Positions 21,964-29,098 of a DNA stretch of 32,991 nucleotides are shown here, one piece after another. Location: assembly GCA_964407035.1 (NCBI GenBank), contig CAYOTZ010000002.1, positions 1-32,991 of the forward strand, in the 5' to 3' direction. The notes under the pieces were generated by a model. It was given only the letters and a program-made list of their open reading frames with translations. It did not search any database and was not told the DNA's origin. The stretch is from an uncultured Methanosarcinales archaeon (GTDB lineage: Archaea > Nanobdellota > Nanobdellia > Woesearchaeales > B29-G15). The translations under genes were made by a program, and so were the position numbers. The stretch's first letter is position 1; every line of letters starts with the position of its first letter.

Positions 21964-22725
21964 TTGAACGATAGGCACTTACCAGAATTGTTTCAGTATA
22001 TGTGCTCGGCACTTGTCTGCTGAACTCTGGGCGAATGGCTATACCAAAGCATCCTTCTCAATGCTAATGGCGAAAATTATCTGTTTAATGCTGGCAGCCA
22101 GCTTTTTGAAAGTTGTTAGTATAAAGTTATTTTCTTAACTCGCTTTCATATAGACCACACAAAATATCTTGGTAGATTAAGGAGAAAAAAGCTAATAGCA
22201 CCAGAGCCCAGCATAGTCATGCAGCTTTAGGGTGATAGCTTGGAAGTGCTTGAACTCAATCCTTGTAAGGGCTTTGAATGGCTCTCACTCAGGTTTTACT
22301 ACTTAATACCAAAAAAGCGAGAATCCACAGCTAATTTACCAAGATTATAATCTGGCTGTTTTCAGTATACTGCTCAGGCACGCTGGCAATATGCCTGCTA
22401 CAGGGCTACATGGTGTCTTATAAAGAACCTGTCAACAGAGAATTCTGTATGGATATCTAATGATTTCGAGAGCTTGGCTGATGAGGATAGTGCTAACTTA
22501 ATCAGGACAGCAAGGCCCATGATGTCCTTTATAGAGTTGGCATATACTTTCATCCTTAAGAAGACGAGCCACCAGTCCTTTCTCGCTGTTAGGCGTTTAA
22601 TAAAGGAATTGGGGCTGCCTGATTATCGTTTTATTCATATGTCTTTCAAGTGGAAGCCATTTTTGCACACTGAAAACAAGCACATATTAGCAAAACAGCA
22701 GATACTACCCAAAATGGCTAAATAG
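21964..22725 (+). pseudogene. Decayed MBL-fold (metallo-beta-lactamase superfamily) paralogue of the downstream gene
   Basis: A single frame (frame 1) reads ...SILLNANGENYLFNAGSQLFES*YKVIFLTRFHIDHTKYLG...VWISNDFESLADEDS...YRFIHMSFKWKPFLH. In-frame stops occur at 22021 (TGA), 22117 (TAG), 22228 (TAG) and 22348 (TAA). HxHxDH is degraded to RFHIDH. The C-terminus aligns with the intact neighbour (IIWVSGDLYKLPKSS...YWFVHFSGKWKGFEH). The tracked ORF 22474..22725 is its tail. Confidence 0.7.
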
Positions 22726-22801
22726 GACGGGGTGTTTTATTTCTAAAAATCAGAAGATTTAAATATTATTATTTCTAAGTAATAAACTTTGGTGAAACAT
22801 T

Positions 22802-23569
22802 TTGGTTTCGGACAATACACTTGAAACAAGAGTGCTCTGTGAAAAAAGGCATGGTGGGCTTGTTGGTAGAAAACTCAGTATAGAGCTTTCTGATTCAGAG
22901 CATAAATTGAATTACCTTGTAGATGCTGGTTTGAGGGACTACCCCTGTAGGGCATACAACGCTGTGTTTCTCACACATCACCACAAGGACCATATTCGCG
23001 GCTTGAATAGAATTCCTTTTCAAGACACACTCACATCGCATGTAATAAGCCCAATGTTAAATTCAAAATTTTCTTTGCCAGGATTGAGAATAAACACAAG
23101 AAAAAGCCGAGGTGGAATAAGGGCCAGGGAGCATCTCTATCTCAGTTCTGGTGTTTACCTCGATATTTTTAATATATCTAAATGCCCTGTTCCTGTGTAT
23201 GAGGATGCTATGATAGAAGTTTGGGGCTTACCTGTTAATCACGACCCGCAGTTTCAATGCGTGAGTTATCTAATAAGAAATCGCTGGACTAACCGCATAA
23301 TTTGGGTTTCAGGTGACCTATATAAATTACCAAAATCGAGCTTGGAATTTCTCTTAAGGCACGATATAGCTCTAGCAATCTTGGAACTAACTTATTTTAA
23401 TAACAATGGCAGTGGAGATTACCATCTTGACCTCGCTGCTGCATCTTCAATAATCTCTGTTATCAAACCTAAAGCTTATTGGTTTGTTCATTTCTCTGGC
23501 AAGTGGAAAGGGTTTGAACACCTCATCAAAAAAAATGTGCCAAAACCAAGGCAGGTCTATAAGTTCTAA
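22802..23569 (+). CDS. MBL-fold metallo-hydrolase
   Basis: NYLVDAGL...AVFLTHHHKDHIRGL (HxHxDH), with later VNHD, VSGD and VHFS positions. TTG start 6 nt after GGTGA (22791-22795). Confidence 0.8.
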   Translation: MVSDNTLETRVLCEKRHGGLVGRKLSIELSDSEHKLNYLVDAGLRDYPCRAYNAVFLTHHHKDHIRGLNRIPFQDTLTSHVISPMLNSKFSLPGLRINTRKSRGGIRAREHLYLSSGVYLDIFNISKCPVPVYEDAMIEVWGLPVNHDPQFQCVSYLIRNRWTNRIIWVSGDLYKLPKSSLEFLLRHDIALAILELTYFNNNGSGDYHLDLAAASSIISVIKPKAYWFVHFSGKWKGFEHLIKKNVPKPRQVYKF

Positions 23570-23571
23570 AA

Positions 23572-23580
23572 TTATTTAAA
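23572..23580 (+). promoter_or_regulatory. TATA-like box for DUF72 gene
   Basis: TTATTTAAA 22 nt upstream of the ATG at 23603. Confidence 0.3.
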
Positions 23581-23602
23581 CTATCTTTGCTATACAAAAC
23601 TT

Positions 23603-24349
23603 ATGGAAACAATTGTTGGATGCTGCGGCTATGGTTTCTTTAACCCAAAACAGTTTTTTGGCGATAAATGGAAACAGCACTTTGCTTCAAGATTACAGGC
23701 ATACGCTGCATTGTTCAATCTTGTTGAAATTAACAGCACATTCTACAAGCTTCCTATGCTGAAAACAGCTGAGAAATGGCGTTCCCAAGCATTAAGCATG
23801 AACAAAAACTTTGCTTTTACTGTTAAATGCAATCAGATTACAACTCACAAAGAGCGTTTCAAGACAAAGAGCGCATTATATGCTTTTAAGCAGAGTTTGT
23901 CTGTGGCAAAAAAGCTTAAAGCAAGCATTGTGCTAATCCAGACACCTGCGAGTTTCACACCAACTGAAGAAAATATAGAGGCTTTTGATAGATTCATGAG
24001 CAATCTGAAAACAGAAATTCAGCTTGCCTGGGAGCCTCGGGGTGAATGGTTGAAAGAAAACAGTTTAATGCTCAAGTTGTGCAAGAAGCATTCAGTTGTA
24101 CACGCTGTTGACTTGTTGCGTAATGAACCAGTATGGTTAACAAAAGCCAGAATCGGCTATTTCAGATTACACGGCTTTGGCTCTAATATTATTTACAACT
24201 ATAAATTCAGCGAGAGGGAACTCAGTGAGCTGTTAACAAAGATAACCAAACTTAAACCAAAAAAGGCATATGTGCTTTTCAACAATTACGAGATGTTTTC
24301 AGATGCTTTGCGGTTTTCTGAATTAATAAAAGAGCTTGAATCCAAGTAG
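23603..24349 (+). CDS. DUF72 (UPF0759) family protein
   Basis: GCCGYGF...LQAYAALFNLVEINSTFYKLPMLKTAEKWRSQA...FAFTVK matches the DUF72 N-terminal pattern. Confidence 0.8.
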   Translation: METIVGCCGYGFFNPKQFFGDKWKQHFASRLQAYAALFNLVEINSTFYKLPMLKTAEKWRSQALSMNKNFAFTVKCNQITTHKERFKTKSALYAFKQSLSVAKKLKASIVLIQTPASFTPTEENIEAFDRFMSNLKTEIQLAWEPRGEWLKENSLMLKLCKKHSVVHAVDLLRNEPVWLTKARIGYFRLHGFGSNIIYNYKFSERELSELLTKITKLKPKKAYVLFNNYEMFSDALRFSELIKELESK

Positions 24350-24680
24350 CAGCAATTACAAGGATAAAAAATTAGCAATAGCAAAGGTCTTGAATGAAAA
24401 CTACTCGATTAAGGGTTGCTGATGAATGGCTAAAAATCACTCCTTAGCCCAATTGCAAAGAAGTTAGCTAAAACAGATGGCTGCAGCTTTTTGTTAGTTA
24501 TTGGGTGCTTACCAATCCCATTAAGTATACAATCATAGCACTTCTTGAAAGCCCTCGTTATAATACTGGATGCAAGCCCTAATGTATAAAAAATCAGAGA
24601 TTGTTGTTTCCCATCTAAGCACCGTGTTTTTGGGTTTGTATTTGAGCCGCTTGGAAAGATTTTTATATTAAGCCATCAAG

Positions 24681-24989
24681 ATGCTTTTAATGAAGCTTAA
24701 CAGCTTAGTAGCTGCATTATTCTTGGGTTTGCTCTTTTTCGGGCTGCTCGTGTATGTTTTCATTACAGCAAACCAGCACATTAAAGCTGAGCTCAGAGGC
24801 GACAACGCATGCCTACAGCTTGGTTGTAGCAAAATCTCTCGCTATGTCGCCAGCAGAGAAAGCGAGCTCTATCACAATTGCAGTTGCTTTTACGCCAAAA
24901 GAATTTCCAAGAACAACCTGATTTGTTTCGAGAGCAGGCAGCAAGCAGAGCAATATGGTTTCAAACCGTGCAGTTCCTGTATAAAGTAA
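24681..24989 (+). CDS. Membrane-anchored small protein with Ada-type Zn-binding-like C-terminal domain
   Basis: N-terminal TM helix (LVAALFLGLLFFGLLVYVFI). The C-terminus LYHNCSCFYAKRISKNNLICFESRQQAEQYGFKPCSSC fits the YH..C..a..I...N...F.s...A...Gf.PC..C pattern of the Ada metal-binding domain. ATG at 24690 (M4) has the better TATA spacing (TTTTTATA 24660-24667, 22 nt). Confidence 0.6.
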   Translation: MLLMKLNSLVAALFLGLLFFGLLVYVFITANQHIKAELRGDNACLQLGCSKISRYVASRESELYHNCSCFYAKRISKNNLICFESRQQAEQYGFKPCSSCIK

Positions 24990-24992
24990 TGA

Positions 24993-25009
24993 GTATTACC
25001 AAGTAATAC
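24993..25009 (+). terminator. Perfect 7-bp hairpin just after the stop codon
   Basis: GTATTAC (24993-24999), loop CAA, GTAATAC (25003-25009), followed by AAAAATTT. Its role as a terminator or stabiliser is inferred only. Confidence 0.25.
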
Positions 25010-25082
25010 AAAAATTTATAAACAAGTTGTGAATAGCAGCTTAAGGTTCTTATCCCAATACAGCAATAATAGTTGATAGCGA

Positions 25083-25472
25083 ATGCGGGTATATCATGGC
25101 ACTAACTTAAAGGTGCTGAGGCATTTCATTGTTGAAGGTAAATCCTTCTCTCTTACGAGTCACTGGTTTAGCTACAATATTGGATATGCTTCGAGGTTTG
25201 CTTACATAAGGGCTGCCCAGTATGATAGCTATCCGACATTACTTGCACTCAACCTTGATAGATTACCTAGAAACTGCTTTGTTGAATTTGTAGAAGACGG
25301 TAACTCGTCTTTAAGGATAACTGGCGAACTGCCGAGCAGTGAACTCGAAACGATTGTTGTAAGAACAATTAAACAAGCATCTGCGATTATCCCAAAGCTT
25401 TCAAGAGATAGGCACTATCTTTTTGTTCCTCAAGATGCATTATCAGATTCTTCCTTTCCAAAAGAAATTTAA
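25083..25472 (+). CDS. Hypothetical protein, possible DUF3990-like / ADP-ribosyltransferase-fold
   Basis: 129 aa. RVYHGT at residues 2-7, NIGYASRFAYIRAAQY about 30 residues later, then YPTLLALNLD. This mirrors the (L)YHG(ST) ... G.G(FY)Y.(ST)...A pattern of DUF3990/ART-clan proteins. Pattern match by eye only. Confidence 0.45.
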   Translation: MRVYHGTNLKVLRHFIVEGKSFSLTSHWFSYNIGYASRFAYIRAAQYDSYPTLLALNLDRLPRNCFVEFVEDGNSSLRITGELPSSELETIVVRTIKQASAIIPKLSRDRHYLFVPQDALSDSSFPKEI

Positions 25473-25474
25473 AT
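25467..25474 (+). promoter_or_regulatory. TATA-like box for the 25497 operon
   Basis: ATTTAAAT exactly 22 nt upstream of the ATG at 25497. It overlaps the stop codon of the preceding ORF. Confidence 0.35.
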
Positions 25475-25496
25475 AATAATATTTCTTGTCAAATCA

Positions 25497-26096
25497 ATGA
25501 AGAAGATAAGGTATAAAACAAAGGCAGATGAAAAGAAGAAGCAGAAGTTGATTTATGGTCTACTAATTGCATTCATTATGGTTACTTCTGTGCTTGGATA
25601 TTTTGGTTCAAGGGGTAATTCAAGTTATAGGTACAACAACATTAAATTTACAAGGTTGCCAAACACACAGCTATTTGTTACAAAAATAAAGGGTATGGAA
25701 TTTAGATTTCATTATTTGCCACAGTGGGTAGATAATCTAACCATCCCGCAGGAGATTATAGCTAAAATTCGCGACTCACAGGTGATGTACACTACATATG
25801 ACTATAATTCAAGCTTCGCTACTGTTGATGCAGAAGTGGAGTTTTACTTGACAGAGGCATTGAGTGAGATAAGCAAATATGTCTTGCCCGGTTTCATTAC
25901 AAGGACAAACACAAAAAGGCCTCTCATCACATGCGCTAATGCTACTGCTTCTGTGCCTGTTATCTATTTGGGTAAATCAAACATCACTGAGCTAAGGCTT
26001 AACAATAGCTGTATAACCTTCAAGGCGCCCACAAGGGCAGAATTCCTTGCTTATAAAGACAGGCTACTTTACGGAGTTCTCGGCATTATACAATGA
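25497..26096 (+). CDS. Membrane-anchored hypothetical protein, paralogue A
   Basis: 199 aa. Lys-rich N-terminus plus one TM helix (LIYGLLIAFIMVTSVLGYF). Shares YNN(I/F)KF, F(R/H)(F/Y).P..V.N(L/V)T, (I/V)TC.N.T.S, N.CI and D(R/K)(L/V)LY...GII blocks with the next ORF. Six N-x-S/T sequons. Confidence 0.7.
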   Translation: MKKIRYKTKADEKKKQKLIYGLLIAFIMVTSVLGYFGSRGNSSYRYNNIKFTRLPNTQLFVTKIKGMEFRFHYLPQWVDNLTIPQEIIAKIRDSQVMYTTYDYNSSFATVDAEVEFYLTEALSEISKYVLPGFITRTNTKRPLITCANATASVPVIYLGKSNITELRLNNSCITFKAPTRAEFLAYKDRLLYGVLGIIQ

Positions 26097-26713
26097 AAAG
26101 AAAGGGCAAAAAGATCAAGGTGTTGAAGATAAAGAAGAACCAGCTTTACTTTCTTCTATTCATATTGCTGATCATTGGTGCCGTGTTTGCTGGTAGAGGT
26201 TACAGGGCATACAAGCTCAGCAAGCTTAGAGAAGCCAACACAATCTACTACAACAACTTCAAGTTTGTGAGAAGTGATGGTATGTGGGTAACTGATGTGA
26301 AGTTCAGAAATAATGTCTATCAGATTCCTTTTAGGTTCTTTCCTGCCGAGGTTGAGAATGTAACAGAGATTGGCGAGCTGAAGATTTTCCCTCTGGACAC
26401 AGGCTATATAACATTTAACCCGGACGACCCAGAGCTGAAGTATGTCGCGCTTGCAGCTGCAGAACTCAGCATAAACCTTGCTAATGTGCTTGGCTCTGAG
26501 TTCTATTCTGCTTGCACAAAAGAGTGGCAGGATGTTTGTCCGCCAAAGCCGGTTGTTACATGTAACTCGACAAATAGCTCAGTGTTTTATATAAAAGTGG
26601 CGAACAGCACAGCTATTGAGTTCAAGGACAACTGTATTATTCTACAAGGAAAGGGCTTCGGGCTTGTGAAGGCAGTAGACAAAGTGCTTTACATGATGTA
26701 TGGTATAATATAA
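26093..26713 (+). CDS. Membrane-anchored hypothetical protein, paralogue B
   Basis: 206 aa. Lys-rich N-terminus plus a TM helix (LYFLLFILLIIGAVFAG). Conserved blocks are shared with paralogue A. Four sequons. ATGA start/stop overlap with paralogue A. Confidence 0.7.
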   Translation: MKRKGKKIKVLKIKKNQLYFLLFILLIIGAVFAGRGYRAYKLSKLREANTIYYNNFKFVRSDGMWVTDVKFRNNVYQIPFRFFPAEVENVTEIGELKIFPLDTGYITFNPDDPELKYVALAAAELSINLANVLGSEFYSACTKEWQDVCPPKPVVTCNSTNSSVFYIKVANSTAIEFKDNCIILQGKGFGLVKAVDKVLYMMYGII

Positions 26714-26714
26714 G

Positions 26715-27326
26715 ATGGAGCATTACTATACTAAAAATCAGAGCTCTGAACTAAAGCTTAGATTAATTAAGGAGCACATTCGTGCTGTTGAACTTAAGCT
26801 TTATCTATGTTCAGGGGTTTTTTCTGCAAAGAAAATTGATACAGGGTCAAGATTATTGGCTAACAGAGCAATAGTCAAAGCCGCTTGGCATGTGTTGGAT
26901 TTGGGCTGTGGTATCGGCGTTGTTGGTATCGCTGTTGCCAAAGCCCACTCTAATACAAAAGTTTTGCTTACAGATGTGAATGAAAGAGCAGTTTATGTTG
27001 CCAAGATCAATTCAAAACTGAACAATTGTAGCAATGTAGAAATAAGGCAAAGCAACGGGTTTGAGAGCATAGACAAAAAGTTTGATACCATACTGCTGAA
27101 CCCACCCCAAACAGCAGGCAAGAAACTATGCTTCAAGTTGATAGAGCAGAGCAAACAGCATTTAAAGACAAATGGCTTGTTCCAGCTTGTAGCCAGACAC
27201 AACAAAGGAGGGAAAAGTTTAAATAAGTTTATGCAAGAAGTGTTCGGTAACTCAGAGGTTTTGGCTAAACAGAGTGGCTACAGGATTTATGTTAGCAAAC
27301 TCATAGGCGACTCAAAGAATGAGTAA
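26715..27326 (+). CDS. Class I SAM-dependent methyltransferase, RsmC/MJ0882-like small-domain type
   Basis: VLDLGCGIGVVGIAVA (motif I), LTDVNERAV, and ILLNPPQ (NPP motif IV). Starts 1 nt after paralogue B. Confidence 0.85.
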   Translation: MEHYYTKNQSSELKLRLIKEHIRAVELKLYLCSGVFSAKKIDTGSRLLANRAIVKAAWHVLDLGCGIGVVGIAVAKAHSNTKVLLTDVNERAVYVAKINSKLNNCSNVEIRQSNGFESIDKKFDTILLNPPQTAGKKLCFKLIEQSKQHLKTNGLFQLVARHNKGGKSLNKFMQEVFGNSEVLAKQSGYRIYVSKLIGDSKNE

Positions 27327-27498
27327 GAAATGCATAATCTGTGGCGAGGAGGCAGTGCTGCAGGTAAAGGGCACAAATAATTACTATTGTAAGAAGTGTG
27401 CATTGGAGTATTTTGGCGATTTAACGCTCTTAGTGAAAATAGAGGAAGAGGCAAACAAGCTAAAGAAATTCGTTGATGACAAGCTCAAGGGAGCTTAG
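27319..27498 (+). CDS. Small zinc-ribbon protein (59 aa, not in the supplied ORF track)
   Basis: ATG 27319 to TAG 27496-27498: MSKKCIICGEEAVLQVKGTNNYYCKKCALEYFGDLTLLVKIEEEANKLKKFVDDKLKGA. Two CxxC pairs followed by a charged helix. Overlaps the methyltransferase stop by 8 nt, consistent with translational coupling. Confidence 0.55.
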   Translation: MSKKCIICGEEAVLQVKGTNNYYCKKCALEYFGDLTLLVKIEEEANKLKKFVDDKLKGA

Positions 27499-27857
27499 AC
27501 TTCTTCTACTTTTTCGTCTTTTACTGTTACCAATCTTATTCCTAATCCTAGTTTCAAAAGCGATGAGAGCACTGCCATATGCAACTTACCCTCGCCAGAT
27601 ATAAAGTTAACTGCAACTTGTGTTTCGTCTGTTAGTATACCACTAAGTTTTTCTCTTATTTCGCTTTCAAGCTGAAACAGCCCTTCTCTATCGTTGACAA
27701 TGACAAAGCTAAGCTCCTTGTTCTCCACAGAGAATCGCTCTGCACCAAAGCTATTCGTTACCAGGACAACTCTGTCCCATTCAAATGCTTTTATTAACTT
27801 TATTAGGTAGCTCCAAGAACCCTTACCAGAGCCAAGAGTAGCAACAAGTGCTGTCAT
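27495..27857 (-). CDS. Hypothetical small Rossmann-like protein (possible minimal CARF-like domain)
   Basis: 120 aa. N-terminal ALVATLGSGKGSW and late NFISGEGKLHMAVLSSLLKLG resemble the beta1 Gly-rich loop and the (D/N).(T/S)GG.K..(M/S) helix cap of CARF/DUF1887-type ligand-binding domains. AT-rich promoter-like sequence lies at 27875-27890. Confidence 0.5.
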   Translation of the reverse strand: MTALVATLGSGKGSWSYLIKLIKAFEWDRVVLVTNSFGAERFSVENKELSFVIVNDREGLFQLESEIREKLSGILTDETQVAVNFISGEGKLHMAVLSSLLKLGLGIRLVTVKDEKVEEV

Positions 27858-27907
27858 ATTATAACATAATTGAGCTTTATTTTTAATATTTGCGTAAAAA
27901 CTCTGGC

Positions 27908-29098
27908 TTACTCTGTCTTGTCCTTTTTCACTACTTCGCCTGGTAGTGTGGTTGTATTTGGCCAGAGTTTTCTGCCAGGGTATATCATTGTGTTTATGCC
28001 CATTTGCACATTATCAGCAATTACACTGCCGAATTTTCTTCTGCCAGTATCCACAAGTTTAGATTTTATCATTGTCTTGACATTGGCACCGTCGTGCCTT
28101 AAGTTGGCTATGAGTGTTCCTGCACCGAGATTGACATTATAGCCAATAACAGAGTCACCAACATAACTAAGATGAGGCAGCTTGGAGTTGTCCATTATAA
28201 CAGAGTTTTTAACTTCAACAGCATTACCAACCTTGCAGTTGTTACCAATAGAGGTGCTACCGCGGATATAACAGTTTGGTCCGATAATAGTGTTCTTGCC
28301 TATTGCTATGTTGCCCTCCAGATAAGCGCCAGACTTTATGATAGAACCTTCGCTTAGGAGCAGCTTGCCCTTTACAACTGCTCCCCTTTCTACCACTCCT
28401 TTGCGTTCCTGCTTTAACCTCTCAAGCAGAAACTCGTTTGCGTTTAGAATCTGCCAAGGATAAGAAACAGGAACCCAGCCAGATTTTACTTCTACTGCTT
28501 TAAGCTTGTTCTCTTTGCAGAACCTGTTAATTGCGTCAGTGAGTTCAAGTTCGTTGCGCTTTGAGGGCTTAAGGTTTTTGAGATAACTGGTGAAGCTCTT
28601 GGGCAACTTGTAAGCGCCGGTTGTAACTATCTTGGTTGGTGGTTGTTCTGGCTTTTCTATTATTCTCTTTACATAGCTGTTCTCCAGCTGAACAACACCA
28701 TAGTTTTCTGGATTAGATACTTTTGTAATAAGACAGCCTGCTTTATTCTTAACAAGTTGCTTGAGGTCCTCACAGGTATAGATATCATCACTGTATAACA
28801 GGATAAAGTCTTGTTTGATTAATTTGGAAACCTGCAGGAGCGCATCACCGGTGCCTCGAGTGCCCTGTTGCTTGAAGTATGTTAACTTCAACCCAGCACA
28901 ACTGTTCTTGAAAGCCTGCTTTATCATTTCTGCTTTGTAGTTCACAACTATAATTACTTCGTTTACTATAACCTTTAGTGCTTGCAAAGTGTGCTCCATT
29001 ATCGGCTTGTTAGCAACCTTGAGTAAAGCTTTTGGTCTTGTAAGTGTTAATGGATAGCATCTTGTTGAGCTGCCTGCTGCCAATATTATTGCTTGCAT
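27908..29098 (-). CDS. glmU: Bifunctional sugar-1-phosphate nucleotidylyltransferase/acetyltransferase (archaeal GlmU-type)
   Basis: N-terminal ILAAGSSTRCYPLTLTRPKALL nucleotidyltransferase motif. The C-terminus is a left-handed beta-helix hexapeptide run (IGKNTIIGPNCYIRGSTSIGNNCKVGNAVEVKNSVI...). Operon context with glmM and glmS. Confidence 0.85.
   Translation of the reverse strand: MQAIILAAGSSTRCYPLTLTRPKALLKVANKPIMEHTLQALKVIVNEVIIVVNYKAEMIKQAFKNSCAGLKLTYFKQQGTRGTGDALLQVSKLIKQDFILLYSDDIYTCEDLKQLVKNKAGCLITKVSNPENYGVVQLENSYVKRIIEKPEQPPTKIVTTGAYKLPKSFTSYLKNLKPSKRNELELTDAINRFCKENKLKAVEVKSGWVPVSYPWQILNANEFLLERLKQERKGVVERGAVVKGKLLLSEGSIIKSGAYLEGNIAIGKNTIIGPNCYIRGSTSIGNNCKVGNAVEVKNSVIMDNSKLPHLSYVGDSVIGYNVNLGAGTLIANLRHDGANVKTMIKSKLVDTGRRKFGSVIADNVQMGINTMIYPGRKLWPNTTTLPGEVVKKDKTE

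Noticed and set aside
22021-22350. Stop-codon recoding (Sec/Pyl/readthrough) in the MBL paralogue
   Set aside because: All three stop codon types occur among the four in-frame stops, and the catalytic HxHxDH motif is also degraded. Decay is far more parsimonious than recoding.
22474-22725. Tracked 83-aa ORF as an independent gene
   Set aside because: It is in the same frame as, and continuous with, the upstream decayed MBL-fold sequence. It also aligns to the C-terminus of the intact neighbour.
24350-24680. 330-nt gap after DUF72, examined for a hidden gene or RNA
   Set aside because: Only very short ORFs (17 aa or fewer with ATG) occur on both strands, with no obvious stem-loops. It may hold a gene relic, but I could not support any call.
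27870-28357. Plus-strand ORFs 27870..28142 and 28172..28357
   Set aside because: They are antisense to the hexapeptide-repeat region of the glmU-like gene. Repeat-driven open frames are common on the opposite strand.
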